NCBI GenBank assembly: GCA_009103225.1
Contig: RHPI01000017.1
Location: forward strand, 113,468-177,467
Source of the DNA: Chlorokybus atmophyticus
Taxonomy: Eukaryota; Plantae; Mesostigma and Chlorokybus algae
Reading direction: 5' to 3'
DNA length: 64,000 nucleotides
Position numbers and translations under genes: made by a program. The first letter of the stretch is position 1, and each line of letters begins with the position of its first letter. Below, piece after piece: positions 56,900 through 64,000 of this stretch. The notes beneath the pieces are model-generated. The model had not been told where the DNA came from. It made no database searches and saw only the letters and a list, made by a program, of their open reading frames with translations.

Positions 56900-59800
56900 A
56901 CAGCACCGGCGTACTTGCTGGTTGTGTTGGCGGCGGCGGCGCTGTGGCGAGGTGAGCGAGCGTTGTCAGCTGTCTTGTCGCACTGCCTTTCTAGTGGTTG
57001 CATGCTGGGTCACTTCGTTGCAATTAGCAAATACAGCATGGTGTTGTGCCACTAGCATTCTGGACTGCCATTTGCCTGCTGGCTTGCTATTAGGCTTACC
57101 TTTGTCGTGTTCAGCTGGCAAGAAGCTGAAGCAGCTTCTACTCTACAAGGTACTGGGTGTTTGGCTTGCTGGGTGCCTGTTTTACAAGTTCACAAGCACA
57201 TGTTTGTGCATGCACATGCCATTTGCCTGCTAGCTTGATGTTAGGCTTACCTTTCTCGTGTTCAGCTGGAAAGAAATTGAAGAAGCTTCTACTCTACAAG
57301 GTACTGGGTGTTTGGTTTGCTGGGTGCCTGTTTGACAAGTTCACAAGCACGCCCTTTGTGCAAGCAGCTTAGAGACACTTCTTTTGCAAGGTACATGGTT
57401 TGCTTGCTGTGACAAGTCAACAAGCAAGTCCACATGGCTTACAACTTGCAGTCACTTGAGTCAACCACGACTTGAGGTTGATTAGGGTTGCGGTTGCAAC
57501 TGACTTGTAAAGCAAGCTTGATCTATCTACAGGAGGGCATCATCATGTCAGGCACCACGTCGGGTGGGCGGTCCAGCATGCAACTGCAGCGAAGGATGGG
57601 AGAATTTGGACGAAGAGATATGGGGGAAGAATGCTGGTGGTCCTTTTGATGAGCAGCTGCAGCATGAGTGGGAAACCAGTGAGGCGACTGTTCACCTGCG
57701 TGATCTTGAGACCACAGCAATGGTCTGCTTAAAAGTGAGCTTATGCATCAAGCATCCGCAATCAATGTCAGACCTTGCTGCCGAAGTCTGTTTCGTCCCA
57801 TGTTGTACTAGTGCACCAATGTAAACTATGCAAGCACTGAAGGTCCTACATTGGCGTGGGAAGCATCATGCCCGTGATCGTCGCAAGGTCACCAAGCTGG
57901 TCGGCAAATGCCGGATTTGCTACGAGTACTGTCGCATGATGCCGGAGAAGACTCAAACGAAGCAGGACCCATTCAAGTTCGCTCTTGCAACCAAATGCTG
58001 GCATCTGCTGAATCCAGAGCTCTCCTATCAAATGGTTGGCAATTTCCCACAGTTACATGAGCCGTCATGCAATATGGCAGCATTGTCTGAGCTGGGAGGA
58101 GTTTGCTTTGCATGTGTTGGCCTTCACAACTTCTTCATTGGTGGGTAGGCGCGTTTGAAGATTCAACAGTATCTGGGCAACAAAAAGGGATACAGCAACC
58201 CCAAGCACAAAGAGAAGCAGAAAGAAAAGAGTCGGAAGCGTTACAAGGAGATGATGGAGAAGGCTTTCGCGGGGGGCTTTGTACCAAGGCGCAGGGGAGG
58301 GCCTAGCGACAAGAACAACAAGGTGTGTGTCATGTAGTGACTAAGGTGTTTGTGCGATGTGCATGTCTTGAGTGCCTTTGCCATGTGCTTGATAGAAAGC
58401 CTACAAGAAGAAGCCCAAGAAGTCAAATGAAGTGCAATCTGCCAGCGACGACGAGGATGCCACCTCAGAGGGTGACCTACAGTCTGCACAAAGTTGGCTT
58501 TGTCAATGTCGTGTTGAGAACGATGCTTTGTGTTTGATGGTGCCTTATGTATGCAGGTTGTGTGGTGTGTATGATGACCCCTTGTAATTGCACGGCGCCC
58601 ACGCGTTCACATCCCGCCAGCGACGCCAGCGACGACAGAAATGGCACCTCGCAGCGTGAGCCGTGTCTTGCGCGCGCAGGCAGTTGCTGGAGTACTGTGT
58701 GTATATGCAGGCTTTTGTGATCGGTGCCTTGTGTATGCGATAGGTAACAAGGAAGGCACTGCACCACAACCCTCAAGTTCTCCTGCTACTGGTTCACAGG
58801 TCAGATGCCGCTCCTGCTTGTACTTTGCTAAACATGTGTTCATGATCGTTCATGACTGTTGTGTTCAGGCACGTGCCAAGCAGGGTGCTGATGTGCGTGA
58901 CAGCAGCTCAGGGAAGCGCAAAGTGTCTGGTGATGTACGCAGCATTGGACTTGAAAGAGCGGCAATGCACTGAGTTGTGGCTCACCATCTGACTTCATGC
59001 TGTTGGCAGGAGGATGAGGTGTCAAGCCCCCCCAAAAAGAAAACAAACAAAACTGTTCGCTCGATACCGGCTCCCTACAAGTCTCAGGAGGCAGGCCACT
59101 CGACTGGCAAGCAGGAGACGGTGTTGGAGAAGAAGAGCGGCAAGCAAAAGGAGGTATGAAAGCACCGTGTACTTGATCTTATGGGCTTCTTGCGTTCTTC
59201 TGGCTGCACACAAACTGTCACCTGCGGCAGACGCGCATTCGTTGCGTGACGGTTGTAAGCTTGTTGACACGTCGTGTCACCTTGTCGCAGGATGAGCCAA
59301 CGTATTCAGAAATGCCTGAGACAGATAGAAGCGAGAACAGCGGTGAAGATGGCGCCAAGGACAGCGCCCCGGACAACGAGGGGGACAGCCCCAACAACAG
59401 CGACAACGACTCGCAGAAGGCAGGTCGCTTCGCAAGCGCTGTATGAGAGATCACATCTGTGTATGTGTGTACCTCTTGATGTGTTTGTCACTTGCATGCG
59501 CAGGAAGAGCTGAGCGACAAGGACAACACCGCACCGACGATGAAGGTTGGCAGTGAAGTCCAACTAGTCATAAACGGGCGCAAAGAACCAGTAGGGGAGG
59601 CGCACGTAAGCGACATCAATCCTGTCAACAAGTTTCATGGCAAGAAGATTGGAGAGGGCAACATGGTGGTCCAGTTCAGCCGCAGTCTTCCCATCACTAG
59701 GACCAGACGTCCCGGACCAGGGGAAGAAGAGGTTGTGCCTCTGCCAATCAGCTTCAAGCGTGATGGGGTTGGAGTGCAAGTGACCCACTTGAAAGGTGAA

Positions 59801-60044
59801 CGCGTTTGTGTGCATGCGATTGCATGAACAGTTTCAACATTGTGCAAGTCAGCTGAGTTCATGTGTGGTTGATGTATGCGCAGAGTGCGAGCCGGGTTTG
59901 TTGCTACTTTGGCCTGTTGGGTTGCTGAAGAGTATCAAGGTGAGGGAGCCAGCAAAGGAAGGCACAACCACACAGCGCGGGAGGGGCCGTGGGAAGGGCA
60001 GCCGGGGTGGGCGCGGTGGGCGTGGTCGAGGCAGCAAGAAGTAG
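56900..60044 (+). CDS. Multi-exon TnpA-like accessory gene of element A
   Basis: C-terminal KVGSEVQL..VGEA..FHGKKIGEGNMVV..LPI..LLLWPVGLL resembles the En/Spm TnpA (Transposase_23-like) domain. GR-rich tail; many short GT-AG exons. Confidence 0.7.
57067..57350 (+). repeat. 151-bp tandem duplication containing a 35-nt micro-exon
   Basis: Units start at 57067 and 57218, each with AG|35 nt|GT. Confidence 0.9.
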
Positions 60045-60199
60045 GTAGCAGAGATATATTGTAGACATCAGTGAATTTGTTGTTCGAGTCAGCTGCCATT
60101 CAGCTGACATTGCTGTCCAAATTCACCGGCTGGACTGATTGCTATGTGCTATGTCACAGCTGTGCTATGTCACAGCTGTTGACGATAGCAAGATGCAGT

Positions 60200-60860
60200 G
60201 ATTATTCAACCAAACTGTGAGTGAATAACCACTTATATGTAGGACTATGCGTGTGAGCAGAAGTGCTGTATTATTCAATTATCATTTGCGTGAAAAATCA
60301 ACCAAAGGCAGCAGTGTTCAACCATACTATGGGTGAATAACCACTCATATATAGGACTGTGTGAGAGCAGATATGCTGTATTATTCAATCACAAATCGTA
60401 TAATCACTCGCCAGTGTGGTACATGTGCTGTTGAAACAGCTTTAGTATGTGTGAACATTAAGCCAATATGCGTGTGAATAATTACCTATAAGGAGGACAT
60501 AGTGTGAGAGCAGGCGCTGTAAATATTCATGCACACAAAGTATGAATAATCACTTGGTGCCATGGTACAAGTCTAGGACCATGTATACCTAAGAAGACTG
60601 AATATGCAGTTCTGTCGCGAGTGAATAACTACTCACATGTAGGAGGTTGTGTGCGAGATGGACAACTACAATTATTCATGACCAAAACGTGTGAATATCC
60701 ATTGCTTGTATTCAGGGCATTTGGCCTGAATAATCAGCAATTGTAACAGCGACCTCTGCAGCCATGCAAGTGGCGAGTTCACACATAAAACAGATGAGTA
60801 TTCAGGGCAAATGCGCTGAATTTTCAGAAATTCGGGGGGTCCAGAATTACCGGTAATTGG
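60200..60860. repeat. Right subterminal array of A
   Basis: Four related GTGAATAA..TAGGA..GAGCAG..TATTCA units (about 60218, 60331, 60472, 60620) plus the inverted core. Confidence 0.8.
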
Positions 60861-61659
60861 CAGTTTTTGGCAGTTTTTGGCGGAATGGTGAAGGGAATAG
60901 CGGTGGGGAAAATACCCCTGGGTTTGTCTCAAGCCGGTCTATCTACTCCCTGCTTTCAATTTCAAATTTAAACCAGTAAAGCGCGCTATACAATATTACA
61001 TGGGCATTTATAAGGAGTGACATGTGGAAAATCATGGTATGAACCATTGGTTGGTAACAACTTTTGCAACCTAATAGCTTTTGATATGAGGCCTTTTGCA
61101 TCGTGTTATGTACTGTATAATACAACTTCTCGCCAAGTTGCATGCTATTTGATAAAGAATTGAGAAAGTTGAGTGTGTCATGTGGAGGGGGTTGCGCGTG
61201 CATAATCTTAAAGTAAGGGTGAGTAGTAACTCTTGACTCCGCGTATACTCTAAGGTAGGTTTTTTTGCATTGTTTTAATTGTGGTATAGTACACATTCAC
61301 ATAAAATTTCATGCCATCTGGATGTCTACTCCTTAAGTCAAGTGTGCTACTCATGAAAGGGTTGCGTAAGATTCTGCATGCTGTTTGTGGCGCGTGTTGT
61401 GGCAGCGACCTAGCGTCCTTGATTGTTGAGTGCTTGTGATTGAGAGGTTGCTGTGTGCTAGGTTGCTGTGCCATTGCATTGGGGGCGGTGCAAGTTGGCC
61501 AGTTGAGAGTGGTGGGGGAGGGGTGACATTGCATACGGGGCCAGTCAGGGACACAAACAAGAGCTTCGCATTGCAAGGAGGGGATGGTCAACAACGCTAC
61601 TCAGTTACCTACTCTACTTCTACAATGCTGGCTTAGAACTGCTTGGATGCCATTGCAGT

Positions 61660-63800
61660 GTCTCAGCAGGCCAGGTGTGCAATGCAACGCAAGTGAAACG
61701 CTCAGCTTCTCGCGCCAAGCTTATCGCCAACGAAAAGGTGCAGTTGGAGGCCAAGGCTCGCCTCAACCCGCACAAAAAAGGCCACTACATCAGCAAATCA
61801 ACACGTGCAAAGCTGCTTGAGGCTGTGCCAGCAGCTCTTAAAGCAGCGAAGTCTGGTTGCATAAGCCTCGCTAAGGCTGTCAGAGAGGTTGAACTTCCCC
61901 CTTCCACTATGCTTGACTACCACCACAACCCACCCCACCTGCAAGCATACAAGTAACTTATGTGTTAGCCATGCAGAGTGCCTGTTAGCTGCAGCATGGC
62001 AACTGTTAGTACAGCTGTTAGACAAACAGTAGCTGACTTGCACGCTGCTGTTGGTAGGGGAGCTGGTCGCCCCTGCGTGTTGACATTAAGAGAGGAGACC
62101 AAGCTCGTGAGCGTGCTTACTCATGCCAACAATATGGGGAACGCCATGACACTCACTGAGATTGTAATGTATGCGGCTAAGCTGCTCGTGAGTGATGCAA
62201 AAAGGGCATGCTTCAAGGATGGCATACCGGGCTACAAGTGGGTGGCATTGTTTGGGAAAAGATACAAGCTGAGCAAAAGAAAGGCAGAAACTCTGCATGC
62301 TAGTCGTCGTGGAAGCTTCAGAAGCTGCATAATCAGCGACTACTTTCAAACTCCATGAGGTATTGGACCACCTCCAGATAGGTCCTGACCGTATCATTAG
62401 CTGTGCCGAGAATGGAGTGGAGCCTGAGTTCTGCATGAAGAACTCAGGTCATTGTGAAACGGTGAGTATCATTATGCTGCAGTGGTGCAAAGTGTGAGAT
62501 GCAATGCTTGACATGCTGTGTGCATGCAGAGGGTCAAAGTGGGCACAGCTTGGCACCTCTGGTGGCCGCCAACATGTCACCATCATGGCAGCGGCTACTG
62601 CAACCGGCTATGCCATCCCCTCGGGAGTCATTATAAATGGTGCCAATGGTGTATGAAGAGTGGTATGCAGCATGGGACATACCTGAAGCACAGCTAGCAG
62701 TGCAAGAGATTGCCTGGATGACCACGGAGCTGCTTAGCAACTGGATTGAACACCTTGCCCGTAACATGCCCGGTCGGATCAGCCCCTCCAACCCTGCGCT
62801 TCTAATATATGACCGTGCTGTAAGCAGATACAGTGTCAAATGCTGAGACATGGGCTTGGAGGTGCTGGTGCTGCCCCCCCACACAACCCACAGACTCCAA
62901 GTGCTGGACGTGTCCTGTTTCAGTAGTTTCAAAGTCAGTACCGCAAGGAGTACGGGGCATGGTTTGCCAACAGCCATACCCTGTGAGAGGCCTGCCTAAT
63001 AAGGCATTCCTATAGATGCTGGTGGCCAACTTCTACGCAAGCCTCAGTCAACAGAATAACACCAACGGATTCAGAGCAGTGGTAAGCATGCATATATGCA
63101 TGCATTTATGTAGAGAACTGACCTGCGTGTGATGCTGTGCAAGGGATCTACCCCTTCAACAATTGTGCCGTTGATAAGTGCCTCCCCCCTGAAGAATCCA
63201 CCGGTGCATTGGACAGCCTGCTGGATGCCATGGAGAGAGGGGGTCGCGAGGAGGAGGAGTTGGAGGAGGAAGAGCAACAGGGAGATGCTAAGGCTGCTGT
63301 TGCACCAGGGACTAAAGATGCAGCCAAGAAGAGGAGAGTAGGTGTGCGCCATAAGACTGCCGAGTGGCTAACAAGTTAAGATGTGACAGACATGCAGCAT
63401 GCAATTGAGGACGAGAGGAGACAAAAGCAAGAAGGCATAGCAGCACGCAAGGCAGCAAATAAGACCCATAGACTCAACAAGAGGCAGCCAATGCAAGAAG
63501 GGCCTGTGCAAGCAAAGAAGTAGCATGCAGCAGAGAAGAAGAGGGAGCAAGGGAACGGCAGCAAGGGCAGCTGTGCGAGAAGCTGCCAGACTAGCCAAGC
63601 AAGAGAAGGCTGTACGCAAGGAGGTGGAGGTCCAGGAGGGGCTGCTGCTGGAGGAGAGGAGAGAGAAGCGCAGCAGGGAAGCCCTGAAGCTATACCACAG
63701 CTGAAATTGGGACATCAGTAGTTGGGTGAGCGAGCGCCATGTGCCGTTCTTCAACCGGGCCGAGGAGCTTCTCTTCAAGGTCGATCACCGCCGCCGCTAT
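61660..63800 (+). pseudogene. pogo/Fot1-like transposase (HTH-psq, CENP-B HTH, DDE_1) with introns
   Basis: SLAKAVREVELPPSTM, GRPCVLTLREETKL..FKDGIPGYKWV.LF.KRY, AWMTTEL..PALLIYD, LPPHTTHRLQVLDVSCF. Stops and frameshifts; GT-AG introns near 61954, 62462 and 63082. Confidence 0.88.
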
Positions 63801-64000
63801 AAGGAGCATGAGGCAGCCAGAGAGGCTGGCGCTCGTTGGAGAGCACGTAGGGTTAAGCAGAGATAGAGAAGGACAAGCGTAGCCAGCTGTACATACACGC
63901 ATACAACACTCACACATATACATACAACCCCATCACTTGTTTGCTGTCGCTGCCGCCTTGTCTTTAACATTGCACACTGCCTTGCATGCTAACTTGCCCC

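Larger units (their letters stand above)
33958..60902. mobile_element. Element A: CACTA/EnSpm transposon (about 11.7 kb without B); exact ends uncertain
   Basis: CACTA at 33958 and TAGCG at 60898-60902. Inverted core 34012-34049 versus 60817-60854 (33/38). GTGAATA/TATTCA subterminal arrays at both ends. TnpD and TnpA genes inside. No matching TSD found. Confidence 0.65.

Noticed and set aside
60944-60960. TA|CTCCCT as the left TIR of the pogo element
   Set aside because: No partner end is inside the window, so it cannot be verified.

Overview
Eukaryotic, intron-containing DNA made almost entirely of nested transposable elements; I found no convincing host gene, rRNA or CRISPR array. AAACCCTA teloboxes and short GT-AG introns suggest a green alga or plant, which is an inference. 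Layout: (1) A degraded L1/Tx1 LINE at 1-1828. (2) A chromodomain Gypsy remnant split by a 26.2-kb element C (1971-28164; CACAC...GTGTG ends, ATA TSD). Element C carries a spliced Tudor + phage-type C5 DNA methyltransferase pseudogene and an Academ-type transposase. The Academ gene is interrupted by a three-tier LTR nest: Copia D, gag/protease-only Copia E, and intact Gypsy F. (3) A CACTA/EnSpm element A (about 33958-60902) with head-to-head TnpD and TnpA genes plus a PHD-C5HCH and Ulp1 SUMO-protease module. It is split by a 15.2-kb EnSpm-like element B (40616-55812; CACAG...GTGTG, TAG TSD) carrying its own transposase with a BAH-like domain, a SET-domain/coiled-coil gene and an unknown Cys-rich gene. 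(4) A pogo-like transposase remnant at the right end. The main signal is large DNA transposons carrying chromatin writer and reader cargo (DNMT, Tudor, SET, BAH, PHD, SUMO protease). All domain calls are by-eye motif recognition, not database searches. Exon boundaries are approximate, and two N-gaps (1052-1104, 30474-30634) limit certainty about contiguity.
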